Source: a virus. Taken from it: a DNA stretch of 64,000 nucleotides. The notes under the pieces were generated by a model, which worked only from the letters and a program-made list of their open reading frames with translations, was not told where the DNA came from and ran no database searches. Made by a program: the position numbers and the translations under genes. Each line of letters starts with the position of its first letter. Within the stretch, counting starts at the first letter, position 1. Shown in pieces: positions 37,585-47,780 of this stretch. The stretch lies in IMG/VR virus record IMGVR_UViG_3300045988_134667, positions 8,223 to 72,222 of that record; one strand, 5' to 3'.

Positions 37585-39642
37585 ATGGATGGATTTATGA
37601 TGTTTAAGAAGGCTTTACAGAAGCACTTCAATGAAATGCAGAAAGAGGCAACACATTTATTTGAGGTAAATGTAGATAAGGATGAATTATGGAATACATA
37701 TCTTGATAGCTTCCCTGCTGGTACAAATAATATTTTCAGAGAGCGTAGGGAACATGATTGTAGTTGTTGTAGACAGTTTATTAAGAATATTGGTTCTGCT
37801 GTCACCATCAAAGATAATCAGATTCACACAATTTGGGAACTGAATCTTGGCGATACAACATACCAGCCAGTGTGCGATGCACTTGACGCTTTTGTAAAGG
37901 CTCATACAGTTACAGATATTTATACAACTAAGTTCCCTAAAATTGGTACAGATTTTAACTTTGAGGAAATCAATGGAAAATCTCATCAGTGGGATCATTT
38001 CTTCTTAGAGCTTCCAAGCAAATTCGTAAATAGAAGTAGTCGTTCTAATGAGGAAGTTAAAGGACAGTTCAGAGATACAAGAAATGTATTTAAGCGTTCT
38101 CTTGATGAAATCACAATGGATGCGCTTGATACGATTCTTGAACTGATTAATTCCAATACGCTTTATAAGGGTGAAGAATGGAAGACTGTGCTCACAGAGT
38201 TTAAAAAGTACAAGAAAGAATATGATAAGTTGACATCTGAATCTGATAAGGAATTGTACGCTTGGGAGAAGTCTGTAACAGCAGGTATTGCAATTGGCAG
38301 AATTAGAAATCATTCTATTGGAACACTCCTTGTAAATGTGAGCGAAGATATGGATTTGGATACTGCTGTTAGAAAATATGAGCAGATTGTAGCACCGAGC
38401 AACTATAAAAGACCCAAGGCCATTTTCACAAAGAAGATGCTTGAGGACGCAAAGAAGACAATTACAGAACTGGGATATATGGATTCATTGCAGCGAAGAT
38501 TTGCTACTTTGAATGATATTACAGTCAATAATGTATTGTTCTCTAATAAGAGTGCTGCAAGAAGAATGAATGGTGCAAATGATATTTTTGGACAGATGGA
38601 AAAGGATGTTGTTGTAAGCCCTAAGAAGTTTTCTAAGGTCGAAGAGATTTCAGCACAGGATTTTATTGATAAGGTACTTCCAACTGCAAAAGAGATTGAA
38701 GCTTTTGTAGAAAATAAACATGAGAAGAACTTTGTTTCTATGATTGCACCTGTTAATCCAGACGCTAAGACAATGTTCAAATGGAATAATGGATTATCTT
38801 GGGCTTATTCAGGAAACATTACTGACTCTGATATGAAGCAGAATGTAAAAGCTGCTGGCGGTAATGTCGATGGTGTACTCAGATTTTCAATTCAGTGGAA
38901 CGAAGATGGACATGACAATTATGACCTTGATGCACATTGTGTTGAGCCAAATGGAACAGAAATCTATTATGGTAGTTACAAAGCACCAAGAATTACTTCT
39001 ATGGGCGGTCAGTTAGATGTTGATGTTATTAATCCATGTGGAAAAGTTGCAGTAGAGAATATTACATGGCAGGATTTATCAAGAATGAGACCAGGAACAT
39101 ATAGATTATTTGTACATCAGTATTCAGGTGCAGTAAGGCATGGATTCAGAGCAGAAGTTGAGTTCAATGGAGAGATTTATTCATTTGATTATAGTAACCC
39201 TATGAGAACTGGCGAGAATGTTCAGGTGGCAGAAGTTACACTTGATGAGAATGGCAACTTCTCAATTAAGGAAAAGCTGTCTGGAAGTTCATCTATTTCA
39301 AGTCGTGAGATTTGGGGTGTAAATACAAATCAGTTTGCTCCTGTATCAGTAATTAGTTACAGTCCAAACTATTTTGATGAACAGGATGGAATTGGTCATA
39401 GACATTTATTCTTCTTCCTGAAGGATTGTGTAAATAGTGAAGAGCCTAATGGATTCTATCTTGAGTTTCTTGACAATGATTTAATGAAGCATAAGAGAGT
39501 ATTTGAGGCTTTAGGTGCTAAGTGTCATGTAGAAGATACTGATGATCAGCTTTCAGGAATTGGATTCTCTATGACAAAGAGAGCAGATTTAGTTGTTAAG
39601 GTTAAGGGCGCAACAGAGCGTATAATGAAGATTAAGTTTTAA
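37585..39642 (+). CDS. large hypothetical protein (685 aa), no recognisable domain
   Basis: Longest ORF in the window; contains REHDCSCCRQF; followed directly by the 39663 gene. Confidence 0.7.
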   Translation: MDGFMMFKKALQKHFNEMQKEATHLFEVNVDKDELWNTYLDSFPAGTNNIFRERREHDCSCCRQFIKNIGSAVTIKDNQIHTIWELNLGDTTYQPVCDALDAFVKAHTVTDIYTTKFPKIGTDFNFEEINGKSHQWDHFFLELPSKFVNRSSRSNEEVKGQFRDTRNVFKRSLDEITMDALDTILELINSNTLYKGEEWKTVLTEFKKYKKEYDKLTSESDKELYAWEKSVTAGIAIGRIRNHSIGTLLVNVSEDMDLDTAVRKYEQIVAPSNYKRPKAIFTKKMLEDAKKTITELGYMDSLQRRFATLNDITVNNVLFSNKSAARRMNGANDIFGQMEKDVVVSPKKFSKVEEISAQDFIDKVLPTAKEIEAFVENKHEKNFVSMIAPVNPDAKTMFKWNNGLSWAYSGNITDSDMKQNVKAAGGNVDGVLRFSIQWNEDGHDNYDLDAHCVEPNGTEIYYGSYKAPRITSMGGQLDVDVINPCGKVAVENITWQDLSRMRPGTYRLFVHQYSGAVRHGFRAEVEFNGEIYSFDYSNPMRTGENVQVAEVTLDENGNFSIKEKLSGSSSISSREIWGVNTNQFAPVSVISYSPNYFDEQDGIGHRHLFFFLKDCVNSEEPNGFYLEFLDNDLMKHKRVFEALGAKCHVEDTDDQLSGIGFSMTKRADLVVKVKGATERIMKIKF

Positions 39643-39662
39643 TTAGAAAAAGGAGATTACTA

Positions 39663-40439
39663 TTGTTAGAAGATTTTGAATTAAAGAAAAATATGTCAAA
39701 AAAATTTTTTAATGGTTCAAAATGGGTTTCTAAAAAATCTGGTGAGTTTGAAATTATAGGTAATTTAAATAAGCCAATTTATGATAAAAAGGGTGTTCCA
39801 TCATATCCGTACTATTTGTGTAGATTTAATGACGGTACAATTGTGATATCAAATAGAAACGTTATTAAAAGTGGTGGAACACACAACCCTAATACTCCTA
39901 CTGTATGTGGTGTTGGTTATCTTGGTATTGGAAAATGGAAAGCGACACAAAATGGAGAAAATACAAAGGAGTATACGTTATGGTCTGGAATGCTATATAG
40001 ATGTTACTGCAATTCGAAATACAGGTATAATTTTAAAACATATGAGAAATGCACCGTAGATTCATCGTGGCATAATTTTCAAACATTCTGCGAAGATATT
40101 ACATCTTTAACAAATTATCAACATTGGAAAAATGAAGAAAATTGGCAACTTGATAAAGATAGTATCGTTCATGGAAATACAATATATAGCAAGGAAACTT
40201 GTATGTTTTTACCACTGATTGATAATGTAAAAGAAATGAATGATAGAACACGAAAAAATCGGCTGACGGGTTTAACATATGTTGCATACTCACCAGATGG
40301 TTTAAGGATAGAATTTAAAAATCAGACTCAATTTGCAAAAGAAAATAATTTAGAAGGTTCATCAATTTGGAAATGTTTAAATGGATCATTAAATACACAT
40401 AAAGGTTGGCGTTTTAAGATTAAAAATAAAGGAGAATAA
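39663..40439 (+). CDS. putative DNA-binding or endonuclease-associated protein (W/Y-rich WSGMLYRCY...Y..Y...C.V...W..F..F motif)
   Basis: TTG start with SD AGGAGA plus 7 nt. The motif resembles those in phage HNH/AP2-type proteins; low confidence. Confidence 0.45.
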   Translation: MLEDFELKKNMSKKFFNGSKWVSKKSGEFEIIGNLNKPIYDKKGVPSYPYYLCRFNDGTIVISNRNVIKSGGTHNPNTPTVCGVGYLGIGKWKATQNGENTKEYTLWSGMLYRCYCNSKYRYNFKTYEKCTVDSSWHNFQTFCEDITSLTNYQHWKNEENWQLDKDSIVHGNTIYSKETCMFLPLIDNVKEMNDRTRKNRLTGLTYVAYSPDGLRIEFKNQTQFAKENNLEGSSIWKCLNGSLNTHKGWRFKIKNKGE

Positions 40440-40443
40440 AAAA

Positions 40444-40830
40444 ATGAAAGAAAAATTATTTATTGATGCAACTCGTAATAACTATCAGTTCCCATTTAGA
40501 GGAATGATTAACGTAATTGATTTGTGGGATTTGTCTCTCACAAATCTGGACTCAGTGTTTAAAACACTCAATGCAGAAGCAAAGAAGTCTGAGGAAGAAA
40601 GTCTTCTGAATACTAAGTCAAAGGAAGATGAGGAGGTTTCTAATAAGATTGAAATTGTCAAGTATATTGTTGGCGTGAAACTGGATGAGAAGAAGAAGAG
40701 AGAAGACGCTAAGAAGAATGCTGAGATGAGACAGAGGTTGCTTGAAATCAAGGCTAAGAGACAGGATGCAGCACTTGAAAATATGTCTGATGAGGATCTG
40801 GATAAGGCACTTGCAGAATTAGGAGAATAA
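40444..40830 (+). CDS. Lys/Glu-rich coiled-coil protein
   Basis: ORF track; followed by an AGGTCGGT/ACCGACCT hairpin at 40838-40862. Confidence 0.55.
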   Translation: MKEKLFIDATRNNYQFPFRGMINVIDLWDLSLTNLDSVFKTLNAEAKKSEEESLLNTKSKEDEEVSNKIEIVKYIVGVKLDEKKKREDAKKNAEMRQRLLEIKAKRQDAALENMSDEDLDKALAELGE

Positions 40831-40889
40831 GATAATTAGGTCGGTTGATAAATGACCGACCTTAATATAAAAGAAAAGGAGACAAAAAG

Positions 40890-42467
40890 ATGAGTAGTAT
40901 TTTAAGCAACTTAGGAATGGTAATTCCGATTGTAGCAATTGTATTAGTTGTAGTTGGTTTGTTAGTAGCAGGTTATGTAAAGGCTTCACCTGATAGAGCA
41001 TACATAATTTCTGGACTTAGGAAAGAACCAAAGGTGTTAATTGGTAAAGCTGGAATCAAGATTCCGTTTTTAGAAAAGAAAGATGAGCTGAATTTGCAGT
41101 TGATTCCAATTGATGTAAAGACAAGTAGTGCAGTTCCAACAGCAGATTATATTAATATTAATGTAGATGCTGCGGTCAACATAAAGGTAAGTTCAGACAA
41201 TACAAGATTACAGCTTGCAGCTCAAAACTTCTTAAATAAGCCAGTTGATTATATTGGAAGGGTGGCAAGAGAAGTTCTCGAAGGAAATATGAGAGAAATT
41301 GTTGGCAAGATGAATTTAGAGGAAATGGTTTCAGATAGACAGAAATTTGCCGAACTTGTAAAAGAGAATGCAGAACCAGATCTTGCAGCTATGGGACTTG
41401 ACATTGTAAGTTTCAATGTACAGAACTTTGTTGATGAAAATGGTGTTATTGAGAACCTTGGCGTAGATAATATTGTTAAGATTCAGAAAAATGCAGCTAT
41501 CTCAAGAGCCGAAAGTGAAAAAGAGATTGCAAAAGCAAGAGCTATCGCAAAGAAGGAAGCAAACGATGCGGAAGTAAGTTCTGAATTAGAAATTGCAAAT
41601 GCACAGGCTGAAGCTCAGAAGAAGAAAGCAATCGTCCAGGCTAATGCTAATAGAGAATCACAGGAAGCTCAGATTGAAGCAGATACTCTTATTGCACAGA
41701 AAGAGAATGAACTTGCAATTAAAAAGGCAGAATTACAGAAAGATGCTGATACAAAGAAAGCAAGTGCAGATGCAGCATATAATATTCAGCAGGAAACAGA
41801 GAGAAAGACAGTTGAGATTGCAACTGCTGATGCAAATCTTGCCCGTCAGGAAAAGGCTATTACTTTAAAAGAGAAAGAAGTAGAACTTACAGAGAGAACT
41901 CTTGAGGCAACAGTAAAGAAACAGGCAGAGGCAGATAAATACGCAAAACAGCAGGAAGCAGATGCTAAGTTATACGAAACTCAGAGACAGTCAGAAGCAA
42001 AACTTTTCGAGAGGCAGAAGAATGCTGAAGCAGAAAAGTTTGAGCAGGAAAAGAAAGCAGAAGCTGAAAAAGCAACAGCAGATGCCAACAGATATACAAT
42101 GGAACAGGAGGCAGAAGGTATTCGCAGCAAAGGACGGGCAGAAGCGGATGCGATTAAAGCAAAAGCATTAGCAGAAGCAGAAGGTATTGAAAAGAAAGCA
42201 GAAGCCATGAAACAGATGGGCGAAGCTGCGGTATTAGAGATGTACTTCAAAGCGATGCCTGAGATTGCGAAGAATATTGCAGAACCGCTTGCGAAGGTTG
42301 ATAAGATTACAATGTACGGTGATGGAAATTCATCTAAACTGATGAAAGATATTATGAATACTCTTAACCAGGTAACAGATGGAATGAAAGAATCTACTGG
42401 CATTGATCTTAGTTCTGTACTTGCTGGTTTTGCAGGTGCAAAGATTGCTGACAAAACACAGAAATAA
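40890..42467 (+). CDS. flotillin / SPFH (band-7) family membrane protein (FloT/YuaG-like)
   Basis: N-terminal TM segment (VIPIVAIVLVVVGLLVAGYV), an SPFH core, a long Ala/Glu/Lys-rich flotillin-repeat region (EAQKKKA, AEAEK), and a 525-aa length typical of bacterial FloT. Confidence 0.75.
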   Translation: MSSILSNLGMVIPIVAIVLVVVGLLVAGYVKASPDRAYIISGLRKEPKVLIGKAGIKIPFLEKKDELNLQLIPIDVKTSSAVPTADYININVDAAVNIKVSSDNTRLQLAAQNFLNKPVDYIGRVAREVLEGNMREIVGKMNLEEMVSDRQKFAELVKENAEPDLAAMGLDIVSFNVQNFVDENGVIENLGVDNIVKIQKNAAISRAESEKEIAKARAIAKKEANDAEVSSELEIANAQAEAQKKKAIVQANANRESQEAQIEADTLIAQKENELAIKKAELQKDADTKKASADAAYNIQQETERKTVEIATADANLARQEKAITLKEKEVELTERTLEATVKKQAEADKYAKQQEADAKLYETQRQSEAKLFERQKNAEAEKFEQEKKAEAEKATADANRYTMEQEAEGIRSKGRAEADAIKAKALAEAEGIEKKAEAMKQMGEAAVLEMYFKAMPEIAKNIAEPLAKVDKITMYGDGNSSKLMKDIMNTLNQVTDGMKESTGIDLSSVLAGFAGAKIADKTQK

Positions 42468-42483
42468 TTATGAAATGTTTATG

Positions 42484-42520
42484 GGTTGGTTGGTTCTATA
42501 GCCAATCAGCCCTATTATTA
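42484..42520 (+). terminator. terminator-like hairpin GGGTTGGTTGG / CCAATCAGCCC followed by a T-rich tract
   Basis: Stem with one G-U pair, followed by TATTATTAT. Confidence 0.5.
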
Positions 42521-42578
42521 TACATAATTAAAACAATAGAAAGAACGCACATTTTATATGGGATTTTTGAGGTAATAC

Positions 42579-42758
42579 ATGAATATTTTAAACATTATTT
42601 TATTGATTATTGGAATTTTTAACCTTATTGTTGGTATAGCATGGACGAAAAAGAATATTATCAACCTTGTGTTCAAATTACTGTTCTTGGCAGGTGGTGG
42701 ATATTTAGTATTCTATGCTTTATATTCAAGTAACATTCTAATTGCTTTAAACAAGTAA
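42579..42758 (+). CDS. small two-TM membrane protein (59 aa) immediately downstream of the flotillin gene
   Basis: MNILNIILLIIGIFNLIVGIAW...LLFLAGGGYLVFYALY; frame verified manually. Confidence 0.45.
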   Translation: MNILNIILLIIGIFNLIVGIAWTKKNIINLVFKLLFLAGGGYLVFYALYSSNILIALNK

Positions 42759-42773
42759 TAGGAGAAGAATATA

Positions 42774-43328
42774 ATGTCAAACCTATATGTATATTTAATG
42801 CGTTCTCGTAACAAGGATAATAAGGATATTCCAATTTTTAAGGAACGATCCGAAACAATCCTTGCATATAGAGAAAATGAAGATAAGGTGATTGATGCTT
42901 TTAAGAGTTTTGCAGCTAAAGGAGTTCCTGGTGAACAGACAAGATTATATAGGTCGGTCAATTCTAGGAATGAAGAAAAAATCAGAGAAGAATTTATTAT
43001 CCGTCTGTTGAGAGATAAACCAAGTATGACACAGCTTAATCGCACATTGGCATCCGTTGCACAACAGGTACAAAATCGTGATGAGAGTAAATGGCTGTTT
43101 GATTTTGATGTGGATGATAGAGAAATGGCAGCTAATTTTCTTTCCGACATTAACCATTTTTCGGGAATTAAGCTCATTGATATGAAATGCCATAAGACTC
43201 CACACGGATATGCAATCATTGTTCCGCATGGTTTCGACACAAGAGAACTTATAGAGAAGTGGAAAGATTATGATGTCACATTGAAGAAAGATAGGCTGTT
43301 GTTTTTGGATATGATAACGAATGAGTGA
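42774..43328 (+). CDS. hypothetical protein
   Basis: ORF track; SD GGAGAAGAA. Confidence 0.55.
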   Translation: MSNLYVYLMRSRNKDNKDIPIFKERSETILAYRENEDKVIDAFKSFAAKGVPGEQTRLYRSVNSRNEEKIREEFIIRLLRDKPSMTQLNRTLASVAQQVQNRDESKWLFDFDVDDREMAANFLSDINHFSGIKLIDMKCHKTPHGYAIIVPHGFDTRELIEKWKDYDVTLKKDRLLFLDMITNE

Positions 43329-43337
43329 GGTTAGAAT

Positions 43338-43547
43338 ATGAAAATTATTGTAGATAAAATGCCAGATGAACCAAAAGAATGTATCTTTTCTGAATGTACA
43401 AATCAGTTGCGTGGTAATTATGCATGTAATTTATACCAAGGAAGAGGATGTGAACCTAATAGATGTGATTTTTTAAAGCCAATTATGGATTATCATGCGG
43501 TTGAACATATGGGTGATAATGTGGTAAAGATGATTCCAATAGAGTGA
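43338..43547 (+). CDS. Cys-rich small protein
   Basis: CIFSEC...CNLYQGRGCEPNRC. Confidence 0.45.
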   Translation: MKIIVDKMPDEPKECIFSECTNQLRGNYACNLYQGRGCEPNRCDFLKPIMDYHAVEHMGDNVVKMIPIE

Positions 43548-43557
43548 GGTATAAAAT

Positions 43558-44331
43558 ATGGCAGTATTTGTAACAGGCGATACACATGGAAATCCTACAC
43601 GATTAAGTAAAGATAGTTTCTATGAACAGAAAGATTTCTCTGGTAATAGAGATGAAAATACTGTAATTATTTTAGGAGATTTCGGTCTTGTATGGAACAG
43701 AGATGGCGAAAGTAAACAGGAAAAATATTGGTTGGATTGGTTAAATCAGAAACCATTCACAACAGTATTTATTGATGGAAATCATGAGAATCATAAAAGA
43801 CTTGCAACTTATCATATAAAAGAATGGTGTGGCGGTAAGGTTCATGAAGTTAGATCTAATGTATTACATTTAATGCGTGGTGAAGTGTTTACCATTAAAG
43901 ATAAGAAATTCTTTGCATTTGGTGGTGCATCAAGTCATGATATTCAGGATGGCATTCTTGATTACAATGACGAAGATTGGAGAGAGAAAGCCAAGAAGCT
44001 TGATAAGCAAGGCAAGTATATGTATCGTATTAATGGCTTATCTTGGTGGAAAGAAGAATTGCCGACAGATGAAGAAATGCAGCATGGACTAGATATGTTG
44101 AATGAAAACAATAATATAGTTGATTATATTATCACACATAGTCCTTCTACATCAGAGTTATATCTTATGGGCGGTAAAGGGTTGTATGAACCAGATGTGT
44201 TGACTAATTATTTGGAAGAAGTGAAAGCTGCAACTGAATATAAAAAGCATTTGTTTGGACATATGCATGTAAATAAGGCAATCAACGACAAAGATATTTG
44301 TTTGTATGAACAGATTATTAGGATATTGTAG
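43558..44331 (+). CDS. calcineurin-like metallophosphoesterase (phage Ser/Thr phosphatase-like)
   Basis: GDTHG, ILGDFG and GNHEN metal-binding motifs. Confidence 0.75.
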   Translation: MAVFVTGDTHGNPTRLSKDSFYEQKDFSGNRDENTVIILGDFGLVWNRDGESKQEKYWLDWLNQKPFTTVFIDGNHENHKRLATYHIKEWCGGKVHEVRSNVLHLMRGEVFTIKDKKFFAFGGASSHDIQDGILDYNDEDWREKAKKLDKQGKYMYRINGLSWWKEELPTDEEMQHGLDMLNENNNIVDYIITHSPSTSELYLMGGKGLYEPDVLTNYLEEVKAATEYKKHLFGHMHVNKAINDKDICLYEQIIRIL

Positions 44332-44346
44332 AGTGAGGTGAGATGA

Positions 44347-44820
44347 ATGTTTTTAAGCAACATAGATAAATTTGGATATCCAGTTGGCACATTTAAACTT
44401 GGTCAAAAAATATATCATATTAAGGACAAGGAACACAGATTTAAATTTCATAAAAAGTGTGAATATTGTGAAAGTACAGGACGTGTATTGATAAAAGGTA
44501 AAGAATTTATATGTCCTGCTTGTAAAGGCGAGTACATGTATAAGGAGATAGTTGAAAAGATTATTGACGATTATGATATAAGAATTGGCGGCATCATTAG
44601 TCTTCAAAATAAGAAAAACGCTTATGAATATTATTCCACTGGTTCAGATAGTTATGGTTTGCAAATCCAAAAATGCGGTGATGGTAGTAATACATATTTT
44701 GGAACAAAAGAGGAAGCTCAAGAAGCTTGTGAAAAGTTCAATAAAGAACATAATGTTGATTTATATTTGGAAGAATATAATCGTGCAAGTCTTAAAGAAA
44801 GCATAATAGATGGATTCTAA
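44347..44820 (+). CDS. zinc-ribbon-containing hypothetical protein
   Basis: CEYCESTGRV...CPACKGEY. Confidence 0.5.
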   Translation: MFLSNIDKFGYPVGTFKLGQKIYHIKDKEHRFKFHKKCEYCESTGRVLIKGKEFICPACKGEYMYKEIVEKIIDDYDIRIGGIISLQNKKNAYEYYSTGSDSYGLQIQKCGDGSNTYFGTKEEAQEACEKFNKEHNVDLYLEEYNRASLKESIIDGF

Positions 44821-45223
44821 GCGAGGTGAGAGAGTGAAATTAAAAGATCAAATACGAAATAAATTAAGAACTTGGTTATTTGAGACTGAATTAAAGGACT
44901 TACAAAAATCTACCATACAGATGCAAATGGCACGAAATCAATATTCAGACGCATATAGATTAGTCAATGACTGTCATCAATTAATGAATTCAATGATGGA
45001 TGTCGGAACTGATATTCATTTACATAGTGACCATTCTTGGGCGGTTGTATGTATTAAAGGTCATCCAGAGTACGTATCATTTATGCCATTGTCATTTGAT
45101 GATGCTCGTAATGTAATCAGATTTTTACAACGATTTAAATATTCAAATAGGGTGATTGATTCACCTTTTGGATTTAAAAATATGATTAATGATAATATTA
45201 TGGATAATCCATTTGTAAAGTAG
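44810..45223 (+). CDS. hypothetical protein
   Basis: ORF track. Confidence 0.5.
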   Translation: MDSKRGERVKLKDQIRNKLRTWLFETELKDLQKSTIQMQMARNQYSDAYRLVNDCHQLMNSMMDVGTDIHLHSDHSWAVVCIKGHPEYVSFMPLSFDDARNVIRFLQRFKYSNRVIDSPFGFKNMINDNIMDNPFVK

Positions 45224-45412
45224 AGAATAATCTAATATAGAAGTAATTCTATTCAAGGGCTGATCAGCCAAATTTTCCAAATAAAAGTAACAAAAAATAT
45301 TTTTTTCTTTATTCTCTGTCAAAATCCTTTAATCTACAGAGATTGCGCAATCATTTTTACCTAGGAGTTACTGTTAAATCCTTTCTTCTTACTTATTTTG
45401 TTGTAAAATTCT

Positions 45413-46933
45413 ATGGAATTAACACGTCTGCTAAAACCATAGGAAAAAAATAATTATTGTGAGTTAAGTGTAATTGAGCTTTGTAGTGGTATTGGTGCGC
45501 AGATGAAGGGAATTGATAATACTCATCTATTTAATGCAAATATGATTGCAACAGCAGATTTAGACAAAGAAGTAGTAGTTAGTTATGCTGCAATGCATTG
45601 TGGTTTGACTAATGAGATGATTGAAAACTATGAAGATTATCCAAGCAAAGAAGAAATGGTAAGACAGCTTACAGATAAGAGACTTGGATATGATTTTAAG
45701 AAAGATGTTCCGTATGATTGGGAAAAACTTTCACGAAAGAAGAACAAGACAAAAGGTATTGAGAAATATTGGTTAGCAGACCATATTTCACATAATCTTG
45801 GCGATATGATGCAGATTGAGTCACTGCCATATAGTGATTTACTTACATACTCGACTCCATGCACAGATTTGTCAATCGCCGGTAAACAGGAAGGATTAAA
45901 GTGGACATGTCATGATTGTGGTTGTGAATATGATCCATCAGAATTAGATGTAGATACTCGTTATACTTGCCCTAATTGTGGCAGTCACAACATTAAATCA
46001 ACTCGTTCAGGTTTATTGTATGAAGTTGAGAGACTTCTTGTAAAAGCAAAAGAGAATAATACATTACCAAAGTATTTGCTTATGGAGAATGTAGATGCTC
46101 TTGTATCAAAGAAGTATATTGACAGTTTTAAGGATTGGCTGATTCGACTTGATAATTTGGGATATAACTCATATTATCAGACAATCAATGCAAAGAATAC
46201 AGGTATTCCACAGAATCGAAATAGAATCTTCTGTATCTCTATTCGTAAGGATATTGATACCAAGTCTTTTGAATTTCCACAGCCTTTTGATACAGGAATC
46301 AGATTAAAGGATTTATTAGAAACAGATAGCAGTGTTTTGGAGAAATATTTCTTATCTGATGAAGTACAGAAAAGACTTCAGATAACAGATCCAAAATTTG
46401 AAAAGAATATTGTTGGTACTACAAAACCTGAATTCAGAACTATCGGTCAGAGAGATTTAGTTTATCAGCAGGATTCAGTAATGGGTACTTTAGTGGCAAC
46501 TGATTATAAACAACCAAAACAGATTCTTGCCAATTCAAATAATATAAATAGACTTTTTAATATTTATGGTGAAAATAAAGGAACTGGATTTGCAGGAAAT
46601 GTTTGGGATAAAGATTATATTTCTCCAACAATAACAACATGTCAAGGAGGAAATCGGCAACCAATGGTCGAAGAAGAGAGAGACAATTTGAGAGTTGTGA
46701 GAAAGCTTACGCCAAAAGAGTGCCATAGGCTTATGGGATTCGATGATGTTGATTATGAGAACTGTAAAGCAGTTGGAATGTCTGATACTCAGGGATATAA
46801 ACAAAGCGGTAACAGTATAGTAACAACTTGCATCTCTTTGTTGATTGAGCATTTATATAAGGCTCAGTATGACAATACATATATTTGTACAGATGAGAAG
46901 ATGGTAAATTTTCATCAGCCACAAGCGGATTAA
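45413..46933 (+). CDS. DNA (cytosine-5)-methyltransferase with a zinc-ribbon insertion. Motif I is encoded upstream of the track ORF start (45503), separated from a possible ATG (45413) by an in-frame TAG (45440-45442).
   Basis: Within track ORF 45503..46933: motif IV STPCTDLS, motif VI LLMENVDAL, motif VIII GIPQNRNRIF, motif X GNSIVTT, and an inserted CHDCGC...CPNCGSH. Motif I (IELCSGIGAQ) is read at 45473-45502 in the same frame, with no ATG, GTG or TTG between the TAG and 45503. Confidence 0.7.
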
Positions 46934-46939
46934 GTTCTG

Positions 46940-47780
46940 CTTGTGGTAATAAATGTACTGATATAAATGATTTTGAATTAACAAGAAGTAAATGGGTTAA
47001 TGACAAGTATAAAAAATTTTATGAAGAAAAAGGTTATCTTCCCAAATATTTCGATGTTTATAACGGAACAGAAGTGAAAGATTTTGCTCCTACAATATCA
47101 ACAAGAAGTAATGGAGCTATGGGAAGTGGGACTTTGCTTGTATATGATAATGTAAATTTTAATTTACCCTCTATTCAAAATGTAACTTATGAAAACGATG
47201 TTCAAAGAGTTGGAACTGTAAGTGAGAATAGTCTTATTGGCGGTAGAGTTATTGGAATAGAGGGTATTTGTTTCACATTAATGGCTTGCACTCATGGTTA
47301 TGGTATGGGAAACATTTATGACAATAGAAAGTTGGTGTTAGATGAAAAATTCAGAAAATACACCGAATGAATTGATTTTTGTTGGTGGTATAGATGGTAA
47401 CTTATGGTTGGATAACGGCAAACAACTATCTAGGAACTTTAAACAAGGATATAGAGCTTATAGCAGCGAAGGGATTGCCTGTTCTATTACGACAAATGGT
47501 GGATGTATAGGCGGTTGCACTGGACTCTATCTTATAGAAAGAGAGAATAATGAATAAGGATATACAATTTGAATTAACTTCAAGCAATTATGTTAATAAA
47601 AAATATACTGAATTTTACAAGAAACATGGATATATTCCAAAAATGTTCAATCCATATAATTGCAGTGAAATTACAGATATTGCACCAACTCTTACTACTC
47701 AATGCGGAAGCATGACAAGTAGTAGTTCTATCTGCATTATTGAAGAAATCCCACAAGAAAAGGATATACACAGAGAATAA
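46940..47780 (+). pseudogene. fragmented C5-methyltransferase-like C-terminal segments (three short ORFs 47074..47370, 47342..47557, 47550..47780)
   Basis: APTISTRSNG and IAPTLTTQCGS segments resemble the PTITT region (YISPTITTCQGG) of the upstream MTase. Only the C-terminal-like part is present, abutting the IS element. Confidence 0.35.

Noticed and set aside
41593-43240. ORFs 41593..41868, 41962..42171, 41981..42454(-), 42713..43240(-) and 42945..43229(-)
   Set aside because: They are nested in or antisense to the flotillin gene and the 42774 gene. They are low-complexity translations of the EA-repeat region.
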